Source of the DNA: Paraspadella gotoi | Lineage: Eukaryota; Animalia; Chaetognatha | Assembly: GCA_051294375.1 (NCBI GenBank) | Contig: CM119267.1 | Coordinates: 7,075,205 to 7,139,204, forward strand | Direction: 5' to 3' | DNA: 64,000 nt | Part shown: positions 53,609 to 64,000 of the stretch, in pieces | Layout: each line of letters opens with the position of its first letter | How positions within the stretch are numbered: the first letter of the stretch is position 1 | Notes under the pieces: generated by a model | What the model saw: the letters and a program-made list of their open reading frames with translations, nothing else | Told to the model about the DNA's origin: nothing | Databases searched by the model: none | Position numbers and translations under genes: made by a program

Positions 53609-53938
53609 GAAAGGCATTCGGCGAACGATGGCCCCTTTGGTGATTGGAGCAACTCACTCTGGTGATTGGAGCAACTCCCTTTGGTGATTGGAGCAACTCC
53701 CTTTGGTGATTGGAGCAACTCCCTTTGGTGATTGGAGCAACTCACTCTGGCTCTACTCAGACAGGGCGTCCACCCAAAAGACGGCTTCAGTTCGATGAGG
53801 GGGGAAAATCAGTTTCATCCCAACGTAACCAGCTCGGTCACCATCCTTACTCATACTCAATCTCCTGAAAAGCCTATGACACGCCTATGACCCGCCTATG
53901 ACCCGCCTATGACCCGGTTCCTTCGCCGAGTGCCTTTC
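53609..53938. mobile_element. 330-bp MITE with 17-bp TIRs and subterminal tandem repeats
   Basis: GAAAGGCATTCGGCGAA / TTCGCCGAGTGCCTTTC (1 mismatch). 5 x 22 bp GGTGATTGGAGCAACTCMCTYT (53639-53748) and 4 x 11 bp GCCTATGACMC (53872-53915). No clear TSD. Confidence 0.75.
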
Positions 53939-54141
53939 CTTTATCCGTTATTCTTTTTTCTTAATTTGTCTTGTTGTGAAGTAAAATTAACAATGTTAGG
54001 GAAACAAATGAACGGAAGTCAATCAACGAATCAAAGAGACAGATGACTTCATGATCAGTTCGTTGGTCAGGTTAAGGGAAAGTTTAACAGTAGTTTAATG
54101 TATTGTTGTTGTCGTCGTCGCTTACACCATTAATAATATGA

Positions 54142-54546
54142 AAAGTCAGGGGCAAGATAGCTTATTTATTAAATGAATGGATAATTTTTATATTGGTTGT
54201 ACCAATTTCATAAAATTCAGCTCCTTGTATTTTGATGCGAGTGCGGAGTACAATAAGTATTCCACGATCAAATACTTAAGGGAGTGGTTTTTTCATACAA
54301 TTGAAACATTCTTTGAAATATTTTCCACTTCATTGATAGGGAGGCCAGGTGCTCTGGGAGTGAATAAACGAGACTGTGAGAGAGTCTTGATTGAAAGCTT
54401 GCAGGGACCTGCAATGTCATTATCTTGTAAGAGTGATGGAGGCCTTAAACCACCAAAGCCTGTCCAAAGTCTGGGGCAAGATAGCTTATTTATTAAATGA
54501 ATGAATAATTTTTATATTGGTTGTACCAATTTCATTTAAAAAAAAA
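54142..54546 (+). mobile_element. Family C: 324-bp monomer plus ~70-bp terminal redundancy and A-tail (retrozyme-like)
   Basis: 54142-54211 repeats at 54466-54535 (offset 324), followed by TT and an A run. Confidence 0.8.
54420..54484 (+). ncRNA. Type-P5 twister ribozyme fold without P3; predicted cleavage T54446/A54447
   Basis: TTATCTTGT(P5)-AAG-AGT-GA-TGG(T1')-AGGCCT-TAA-ACC-AC(T2)-C-AAA-G-CCTG-T-CCA(T1)-AA-GT(T2')-CTGG-G-GCAAGATAG(P5'). The other two copies have CAGG, restoring P4. Confidence 0.8.
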
Positions 54547-55010
54547 GGAAGGCGTGTCAGGAGTTAATCAGACCAAATTTAGATCAAGAATGGTTTATTC
54601 TTCAACAGTAAATACAAAGGTCAATAACAAAGACGCAAAGTCACAACATAAATACAAATAGAGAGAGAAACCGTTATGAGGTCAACGAGGTCACGCGGTG
54701 AGTGAGAGAGAGTGAGAGAGAGGGAACAATGAAATTGGTTTCTCGAGATTTCGAATGAAGTTTGCGAGTGGTTACAGCCAAACAGGTAAATTTACCATCG
54801 TAGAAGACTTCGTCGACGAAGCGACAATAGCGCACTGATTGGCATCTTTCCTTCTCGTTCATAACGGGGTGACCTTTCAGTCGGTGCGTCAGTACGTCGC
54901 CTGCGACGCCTGGCGATTAGCAAAAATATCAATTTCACGGGCCTTGTGGATTAAATTGTTTATTGTTGTTGCTTATTGTTGTACTTATGGTATGACTTGA
55001 GTGTGTGAGA

Positions 55011-55146
55011 TGAGAGGGAGAGAGAGAGAGAGATACAGAAACAGAAAGAGATACAGAAAGCTTGTGATCATTCATTCATGAGAGGGAGAGAGAGAGAGAG
55101 ATACAGAAACAGAAAGAGATACAGAAAGCTTGTGATCATTCATTCA
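55011..55146. repeat. ~68-bp tandem duplication
   Basis: TGAGAGGGAG...GATACAGAAAGCTTGTGATCATTCATTCA present twice. Confidence 0.9.
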
Positions 55147-55609
55147 ACTCACCCACAATGAGATACACGCTGGGAAAAGCGCACTTCGCCTGCAATAGTT
55201 GACGTGCGTGTCCGTAATGAAATATATCGTAAATTCCGTCCGCGTAGATTCGGACGGGACGGCCGGCTTTGCCTTGAGTTGAGAAAGGGTCGCCGTACTA
55301 TCTTCTATATATAATATCCAATATATTATAGTGGGGCGACTTACATATAATATATATATAATATTGGGGATGAGCATCGTTTCTAAACAACTCATTGTTT
55401 TATATCAAATTTGGTAGCGTTCGATAGACAATTGCAAACATTATCTACATGCATAATTTCATCATAATCCGACAATCCGTTCAAAAGTAATCGCCAAAAA
55501 GCAATCGCAAAAATCTCTCTTCAAACCGATCAACTTTCGCTTAAAATCGAGCTCGTTTTGATCCAACAAAGATTAGTACTATGCGTAGTATTAAGCTTTA
55601 GAACCATCG

Positions 55610-55909
55610 CACAGTGAGATCCTGGGCCTGAATTTTTCAGAAAAATCCTATTCAGTTAAAAATATTTTTTATTATATATTAATTATAAAAAAAATTTTTA
55701 AAAATTTATTTGAATATTAAAATAATTAAAAGGTAATTTGTATAAATTTAAATAAATAAAATAAAATTATTTTATAATTAAATTATATATTATTATTAGA
55801 TTATATAATAATAATAAAATAATAATAATAATAATAATAAAAATAATAAAATAATAATTATAATTAAAAAAATAAAATAAAAAATATTTATATTTTATTT
55901 ATATTATTA

Positions 55910-55962
<53 letters not shown>

Positions 55963-56522
55963 ATCAAAATAAAAAATTAAAATTTTTTTGGATTTATTAT
56001 ATTTAATATAATTATTATATTTTATTAAAATTAAAATTTTATTTTAATCTTATATTTTGTGTATAAACTATCAATTTCGTTGCGTTTTGAAGTTTAGGAG
56101 AAAAAACAATTTATTTGTTTTTATCAACGAATTGTATTATTGGTAAAAACATGTTTCGACTCTTTTGAGTTTTTTTTTTAGACTCTAAAACTCAAAAGAG
56201 TCGAAACATGTCTTACCAATAATACAATTCGTTGATAAAAACAAATAAATTGTTTTTTCTCCTAAAAATCTTATATTTTTTAATTATATCATAATAAAAA
56301 AAATTATCGCAGTTTAAAAAAATTTGCTAATTTTATTATAAAATATAATTTTTATGCATATATACTTTTTTAATATATAGTACTACCTTTTTGGATTGAA
56401 TAAAACAATTTATTCTCAACACTATAATTATATTTATATAAATATTTTTATATATTATATAATAATATAAAAAATTTAAAAAATTATTTTTCTAGCATTT
56501 GGGACTCACAAGCAACACTGTG
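55610..56522. mobile_element. AT-rich MITE with CACAGTG...CACTGTG termini (Transib-like)
   Basis: Inverted TCGCACAGTG / CACTGTGCGA around a roughly symmetrical AT-rich interior. Flanking 5-mers CATCG/CGACG only partly match. Confidence 0.45.
56059..56266. mobile_element. Palindromic Penelope-like insertion with 13-bp target duplication
   Basis: Near-perfect ~80-bp arms (56093-56174 / 56187-56266) centred on ACATGTTTCGACTC...GAGTCGAAACATGTC. Flanked by AATCTTATATTTT at 56046-56058 and 56267-56279. Confidence 0.7.
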
Positions 56523-57984
56523 CGACGATTTTTGTTTTTAATAAGTTTTTATTGGACTTTTTTTAAATTTTGCATTATATTGAGAAAACGCTTTTGAATT
56601 AAGCCCGCGCTCTACCTGATTTGAATAGTAAAATCAATACAGTTTCTGTCAATTTTGTTCAAAATTGAAAAAAATGAAGGCTTGACTATGCAGTTTTCAC
56701 CTAAAAAACCAGTTCATTTGATTGCTTTATCAAGCAATTAAGATTGCAAGAATTTTTAATTTTGCTTTTTTTCATCATGTAGAGAAGACAATAAGGTTTC
56801 GGAAACTGTACTGATATGTATGATTTGGTCTTTTTTACTCAAGAGCTCGGAGGTCTTCTTGGAATAGGGAAAAAACGGCCTGACCAGTCCATTTAAATAC
56901 CATTTTTGGGCATGATAAAATGGGAATTTCGATCGCGCTCTACCTCCATTGGCTTCCCAAGACGCCAAGCTTTCGAAATCTGCCCATATTGACATAATTT
57001 GTTTTGGCCTTGACTATGCAGTTTTGAATAGAAGTGAAATATAAAGGAAGCTTGATCGGAGCTTCGATTCGAACGATGCGCATCTCTAATAATATATATT
57101 GAAGCCGCCGTTTTCGTATTTTATATATTTGTACATTTTTGTACATATTTTTCTGTTCTGGGGCATGTCTCCTGCTCTAGCATGCCTTTTTCATGCGATT
57201 AAAAACGATGCTTTTCGCGAGAATGCACATTCCAGTTAAGAAAATCCTTTTTTTTTCTATCAGCTATAAAATACTGGGTCGGCGGAAACGCCCTCTTCAA
57301 TATAAATGTATGTATATTAAACTCCTTTGGGCTTCTAATAATTGAGTCCTTACCCGTCTGAGCGAGCTCCATCGAAATCGGACCAGACGAAAAATCCACT
57401 GCGTTTCTTTCCTTGATGGCGGCCTCGTGGAAATTGAGCGGAGCCGGTGTCGTCCCCTTGGTCGTTGACCAATCATCGTCCCAGTGAAGAGACATTTACC
57501 TTTTTTTTTTCACAGTAAAGTGAACTTTAGACGGTAATGGCTTAAGACTTGTGCGTTCGCCTAATCACATCAGAAGTTGTTATGAATGAAAAAAAAAAGA
57601 TAAAAAACTTATTCAAATTTACCGATTGGGTTTAAATAATGTTTGCTAAAATTACATCATATTCGCTTTATCTTTTTTTTATTCTGCAGCCACTTCGAGC
57701 TTCGAAAATTCTAAGAGACTTTTTTTTTTGAGCGGGGGAATATTAAATCTAGGTGGGAAATTTAAGTAAACTCATGAAACTTTATTATCACATCGAGACG
57801 GTCCACTTTGTGTCCACTGTCCAGTGTCCACAATCTTGTAAGATAAGAAAAGCGCCTGTCTTTTGGCCTTTGAGACTATCCTCAGATTTAACTAATTTGC
57901 GTACTCGCATGTTATTTACCGGTTATTTCCTATAATTTCTCAGTTTGACGGAAAGGCGTGTTCGCTAAAACATCGTTAGTTTGA

Positions 57985-58213
57985 AGTCGGGCATTGCATA
58001 AGTTCACCCCGCCTATAGTCACGACACCTTCAGTAGTGACCCCGTGGCTCATTGAGTAAGGCCATCAACCCGGTCCCTAACCTGCGAGAAGCGCGAGGGG
58101 GCATGGAAGACCCTCAAGCCTGGTTCCCAGCCCAAGACCTCTTTCATGCTGCTAGAGGGGCTTAAATAAGTTGCGGATAGAACTCTTCTGACCCACTTTG
58201 AGCCCTATTCACA
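57985..58213 (+). mobile_element. Family B copy with internal deletions (3' half of twister retained)
   Basis: Leader GTCGGGCATTGC...GTTCAC.CCGCCTATAG shared with 53290-53345 (-). Retains G-CCTGG-TTCCCAGC-CCAAG-A. Tail shared with 63781-63850 (-). Confidence 0.7.
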
Positions 58214-58487
58214 AGTTCACGACCAAACTGCTTGTCTTTCTTCACTAATCTCTCTACATTGTTTGTCCCTTTCCAGTCTCCATGTTTCTTTTTCTTTTCC
58301 ATCTCGCTCCCTTCTTCTCTCTCTCACTTCTTCTCTCCTTTTGCTTTTCCTTTTTTCGTCCTTTCTTCTCCTCTCTGCTCTCTCCATCTCTCTCTCTCTT
58401 TCTCTTTCTATCTTTCTCTCTCTCTCTATGAAACAATGAATAAAACATGATTCCCATCAAGACGAAAAACAACAGAGCAAGTTTTTT

Positions 58488-58566
<79 letters not shown>

Positions 58567-59073
58567 AGCGAAAGCTCGTTTTTCCGAAACCGGAAATAAC
58601 GAAATTCAAAATTTAAAAAAAATCTGTGTTTCACTTAGATATTTTAAAGTAGTAAAATATAAAAATATAAAAAAATATCATCAATAACCCTATAACAGTA
58701 TCGTGGGTTAACCTCCTAGTGTGATCGCCAATTTACTATCACCAACTTTAACAGCAATTTGGAGACGATCGTGCGTCAAACTTAACCCCGGGTCCTATGG
58801 GCCTTTATGGCCGACGTTATTAAATTACCATCGCTGCAGGAATGAACAGACGAATGTAATCGAAGGTTTTATGCACTATAATTATTCCAGTTTTAATCAT
58901 CTGCATCTCCAACGCTGAGCGCTTGTCCGAAACTTGGCGCTTGTGCGAGTTCGATCGACACCTCGTGTTGTTTCTTTCAGCCTCAAGTTTAAACTCGAAA
59001 CAAAAGAATAAAAAAAAAATTGGGGGGACTTTGAATTTTAAGAAACTCATTCGAGAAAAGACCTTTTGTTTTC

Positions 59074-59165
<92 letters not shown>

Positions 59166-59733
59166 AAGAATAACCAGAAGCAGATTTTATTATTCTCATT
59201 TTCTTTATGGAAGTAGTTTTTTCGTGGACTGCATCGGAGTGCGACGAACGTGGGGTGTCAGGGTGTGACGTTAGTTTCCCTGTTGGGCAGTTGGGTGGTG
59301 GCAGGTGGGTCTATTATAGACCGTGACAAAGGGTTGTTTGGACAACGGAGAAAACATTTTTAGGGTGATAAGAAAGGGTTGTATGGGGAAAAAATGTAAG
59401 TTTGTTAAAGACAGGGTAAAGTAAATTGTCATGGGAAAAAGCGATTGGGAAGAGTCGCCAAGAGTCGAATCGAAATCGGAAAGAAAATTTTAACAAACAG
59501 AAATCGAAATTTGACTAGGTGACGAAAATATTTAAATAGAAAATCTGATTAAATTTTCGTTAAGACATTCGCACGAATCGCTGGCGCCATGTAGAAAATT
59601 CCATTTCAACTTCGTCGCCTCTTTTTCTCACATTCAATCACCCTCTCTTCTTTTTCCGTGACAATTTTTCGTGAATATATGATGAGTGGGTGAAACTGGG
59701 TGATAATTTCGGGGGCCGAGTAGAGGGGAACGG

Positions 59734-59845
59734 GATGGATGGATGGATGGATGGATGGATGGATGGATGGATGGTATGGATGGTGATGGATGGATGGATG
59801 GATGGATGGATGGATAAATCGATGGATAGATGGATGGATGGATAG
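59734..59845. repeat. (GGAT)n microsatellite
   Basis: Direct observation. Confidence 0.95.
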
Positions 59846-60004
59846 GATAATTGAGATAATTTCGTTCTAGTAGACGTTGAAAAGTAGAAAATAAGGTGGT
59901 TTCTCGCGATGGGGGGGACTCGGTTTTAGGGGGGGGCAGAAGGGGAAACGTCGGGCCAACAAGTGAAGTGGAAAAAAATCGTTTTGACTATGGATGAAGG
60001 AGAG

Positions 60005-60091
<87 letters not shown>

Positions 60092-61031
60092 CCTTGACGG
60101 CCTTTATCTTTACCTAAAACGCTGCGTCATGTTTTATTCAAATGAGATGGTGGGACGGGGTGGTAAGGTGGTCATGTCGCTGGTACAGTCATATTAGGTA
60201 GGTAGAGGGACTTTCAGTAGAGGGGCAGAGGAGGGAAGCTTTCAGGCGGAAACAACGATAGGGAGAGCGACCAGGTGGAGCGAGGAGTGGAGCGCGAAAC
60301 TCGGCTTCAAATGGTTCCGTTCTACGTGCGAAGAGTTTGAAGGTAAGTTGACGAAAAAAAAGAAAAGTCGGGCGAGAGAAGCGAGAGAGAGAGAGAGAGT
60401 CGAGGAAAAGAAAGGAAAGTATCGAAAATAAGAGGAGAAATGGAAGGAAGAAAAAAGAAAAAAAGGGAAAAAAGAAAATAAAAAGTAATCGGAAATGAAA
60501 AGCGGGAAAAGAAAAAAAAAGGAAAAAGCCAGGAGTTTAGGAATTTTTAATTTTTAATTTAATTCGAATCTCAACAGATTTCGGTTTTCCGCTTTTGTTT
60601 TCGATTTAAATTTTATTGTCGTCGTCATTTAATGTTCTTAATTTTGGTTACTAAGTATATTTTCGTTTCGACTTCTTATTCAATCGCTTTTGTCGTAGAT
60701 GACGTCGTCTTTGTCATTTTCGACCTTGTCTACCTTGTCTAGTTTCTACCTTTTCTACCTTGTCTACCTTGTCTATCTTGTCTATTTCGCCATCGATTCG
60801 TGAGAAAGAAAAAAAATTTCAATTCGTCAACATCGTCGACGACTTCATTATCATCGCCGTCAACGTTGTCCACCTGATTACATCGCATAATATTCACAGC
60901 GCACTATACAAATTTAAGTATATATATAACATACCAATCACACCAAAAAAAACATAGCAAACGGTAAAGAATCGACAGGTAACAAAGTAATCGATCACCA
61001 GCGACTCGCGTTGTTGTCGTCGACGTCACGG

Positions 61032-61063
<32 letters not shown>

Positions 61064-61064
61064 G

Positions 61065-61115
<51 letters not shown>

Positions 61116-62143
61116 CGCCATCGCCGCCGCTCGCGTCGCGTCCTGCGTAAAATATTCAGAGGAAGAAACAAACAAACGCGAAGAAGCAGAAGCGGAAGAA
61201 AAAAAATCATTGCTCGTTGGTGCGGACTGTGAGCGCAGGGAGTACAGAAATCCGTGCGGACAGTGAGCACTGAGCAGGGCTCGGTAAGCGCTGAGCATGG
61301 GATACAGTCGGGCAGTGCTCACAGTGATCGCTGCTTGCAATGAGCAATGAGCATTGTGCTCGAAAAAAATAGTTATTTTGTTGTTTGTTTTTTTGTTGTT
61401 TTTTTTTGTCATGGCAAGAAAGAATCGAACTTGCCAAAACAAAAGGCTGTGATAAAATGATAAAATAAGTAATTTTTAACCACAATTTAAAAGCCAGACC
61501 GACAGAGGGGCTAACGTAACTTCACTTTGTCGCCGTGACTAACGTGCAAACTGTCTCGCATTTCACGCCTTCGCAGTATTTGAAAACGGAAATTAACTAA
61601 ATCATGGAAGGCATATAACGCTTGATGTAAGGTCAATAAATATCCAAACCGATAAATCATCGAGCAACTTGAAAACCAAGCCGATTACCATTGGACCACG
61701 GACAAGTGACAACGGAACTATGGACATTGGACAAACCATCCACCGCCTCGGAACAGCCAAATGACGACCAGCGACGACTAAATAAATACCGACGGACGGA
61801 CGGACGGACGGACCGACGGACGAGGGACTTCTCGTCGGTGAAGTTAACGGCCTTTCTCGTTTCGGCCGCCGTAGTTAAACCGAGTTTTATCGTTCGGAGG
61901 TCGGGGCATTAGGAGGATTGAATTTTCGGAATCACCGCCGGCGGAATCGGCAACCGTGAGAATGGGAGAAGGCTATAGCGGCGCCGGGCGGAATTTTTTT
62001 TTTCTTTTCCAGCGGCGTCGGTGGAATTCGTTATCGAAGGTTTAATGTCGACGCCGACTGAAGCGACGAAAGAAAAAGGAATCGCATCGCCAGCGGATGG
62101 ATACCGACTTCCGTGATAAGCGCGAGGGTAACCGGGCGGCGGT

Positions 62144-62178
62144 TATATAAAAGGCCCAACCAGTTGCCTCGCTCAGTG
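62144..62178 (+). promoter_or_regulatory. Candidate TATA-Initiator core promoter
   Basis: TATAAAAG at 62146-62153 and TCAGT at 62173-62177, giving canonical ~29-31 bp spacing to A62175. Confidence 0.4.
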
Positions 62179-63276
62179 GCGGTATATTGCTTAATAATGC
62201 TTAATAATGCTTAATAATTGCTTATATCTATGCTTAAGCTAACCCATCTTTGAACACGTTGGTCTTTCTTAACGTTGCCTTTTAGACAGCAAGATTAACT
62301 TAAATTCTATTTATTATGAATTTAACAACAACGATTAAAAGAATCTTTATACTATAAATTTAAGCGTTGACGCAAACCATAAATAAATTATTCGACAAAA
62401 AAAAAGAAGAAAAAAATCCATCCAGGTCACATGACGGATTTAAAACTGCCGCCTGCGCCACAAAAACGAGAAATCCCACGCCAAGATTGACGGAAGTCAA
62501 TCGAGGAATCCTCGCACGATCGACTCGGGGAACCTAATTAATCTGATCCACTGCTGCAGAAGTAAAAGACGACGACGACGACGACGATGACGATGACAAC
62601 GAAAACGACGTCGATAAATAGACGAGGATTCCACTTTTAATCCATATCATATCAACAGCTTCGCTGACCACCTCAACAACTACATCAGCTACAACAGCAG
62701 CAGCTACTGCGGAAGCCTTCAGCCGACCATACGAATCAGCGTAAGTGCCAGCGGCAGCTGCAGCAACTGTGAGGTTCCACGTTTACTCGTTTTCCGTTCA
62801 CGGAATTCATCCCTTTACCCCTGTCCGTCAATCCTTCCCGACCAAACGAAGTTCATTCCCATAAAAACCCAGGCGAACGACCCGCCCATTACCCAATACC
62901 CACTACCCACAGTGCCCACTACCCAGTCATCCGCAGCCTCTTCACCAGCCCACACCCTATTCCTTTCACCAGCCGATCCCTGGCCCAGCTCGCTCAAGCG
63001 ACGATTGGTCATTCATCACGAGAAATCGAAAATAACCGCGGGTTCGTGCGGCTTTTACGACGACGACGACGACGACGACGACGAAGAAGAAGAAGAAGCC
63101 GAAAATGACGATGACAACGATGACGACGACGACGAAAACGATAGAGATTAAACAGTTGGTTAGAAAAAAAAATTATTTCATTTTCACCTAAGAAAAAGGA
63201 TAATGATTTTTACGAGGTTTAATGCTGAAACATTTGTGGCGGCGACGACGACTATGACGACGATTCAGCGCTTACT

Positions 63277-63308
<32 letters not shown>

Positions 63309-63780
63309 TGCGGCCCTGAAGACCAAAACGAGGCAAAGCAAAACAATCTGCGACCACAACACTGACCATTATGATTCCATCTGTGAAATACATCTGCAAA
63401 GCAATCGTTGCCGGTTCTAACCCGACATTCGAGGTTTGAATTAAATTTTGATTAATTAAATCTTTTATACACGGAATAGGGAAATTGAATTTGATCAAGT
63501 AAAAAATTGATATCGAATGCAAACGCAGAATTGGTCAATACTTCCGATGAGGAAAGAGCCGATTCAGTTTTTCGGGCTAGTTCAAAGAGGGATGAGAGAA
63601 TCTCTCGGTCTAATTGTGGGATTGTTCAATGTTTAATCCCACATAATAATCATTGATTTAATTTTAAAATTTAATATTTATCCATACGAAAAACATTTTA
63701 AAGAGTCCTTGAGTCTTGACTCAACGATTCTGAATCTGGATATCGAAGAGAGAAAAGTTTCGTCCAAATCTTTGATTCTG

Positions 63781-64000
63781 TGGAAAAGGCGCTAAGTGGG
63801 CAGAAGATAACTATCCGTAACTTCTATAACCCTCTCAAGCAGACATGGAACGGGTCCTGGGCTTGGAACCGGGCTTTAGGGTTTGCTACGCCAACTAGGC
63901 GGCTTACGGCCGTCTTCACCCTTCCCGCAGGGTAGGTACCGGGTTGGGATTGAACCCGGTAACTCGTGGTCATGAGCTGATGGCTTTACACAATGAGCCA
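63781..64000 (-). mobile_element. Family B: tRNA-Met-like head + twister + tail (5' end runs off the window)
   Basis: Minus strand has TGGCTCATTG (A box), CTCATGA (CAT anticodon-like loop) and GGTTCAATCCC (B box), then the twister fold. Confidence 0.8.
63850..63928 (-). ncRNA. Type-P5 twister ribozyme fold (degenerate P3)
   Basis: GCGGG(P5)-AAG-GGT-GA-AGA-CGGCCG-TAA-GCC-GC-C-[P3]-G-CCCGG-T-TCC-AA-GC-CCAGG-A-CCCGT(P5'). Single mismatches in T1 and P4. Confidence 0.72.

Noticed and set aside
53639-53748. CRISPR-like appearance of 22-bp repeats (also 43280-43585)
   Set aside because: Units are directly tandem or separated by microsatellite, with no unique spacers and no cas genes, in a eukaryotic context.
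54177-54500. 107-aa ORF across the 324-bp monomer
   Set aside because: No motif, and the homologous copy at 29485-29670 has indels that would break it. The conserved feature is RNA structure.

Overview
AT-rich, microsatellite-dense animal (probably invertebrate) nuclear DNA from a draft assembly with four N gaps. Almost all ORFs in the supplied track are low-complexity noise. There is one recognisable host gene, an 8-exon DUF229 (alkaline-phosphatase/sulfatase-like) gene at 24032-28372 (+). Mobile DNA includes a full-length but indel-ridden Ty3/Gypsy (CsRn1-like) LTR retrotransposon at 3835-10208 (-), DINE-1/HINE-type Helentron derivatives (one shown as filled and empty alleles), several MITE families and two palindromic Penelope-like relics with hammerhead cores. 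The standout observation is that three otherwise dissimilar short repeat families each carry a circularly permuted (type-P5) twister ribozyme fold. Two families have a tRNA-like head and the third has a possible degenerate one. The fold shows compensatory changes in P3, P4, P5 and both pseudoknots, and P1 is reduced to a 6-nt palindrome. One copy is a 324-bp monomer with about 70 bp of terminal redundancy and an A-tail. Together these suggest a twister-based, possibly Pol III-driven retrozyme / circular-RNA retroelement system. All folds and alignments were done by eye and need covariance-model and biochemical confirmation.
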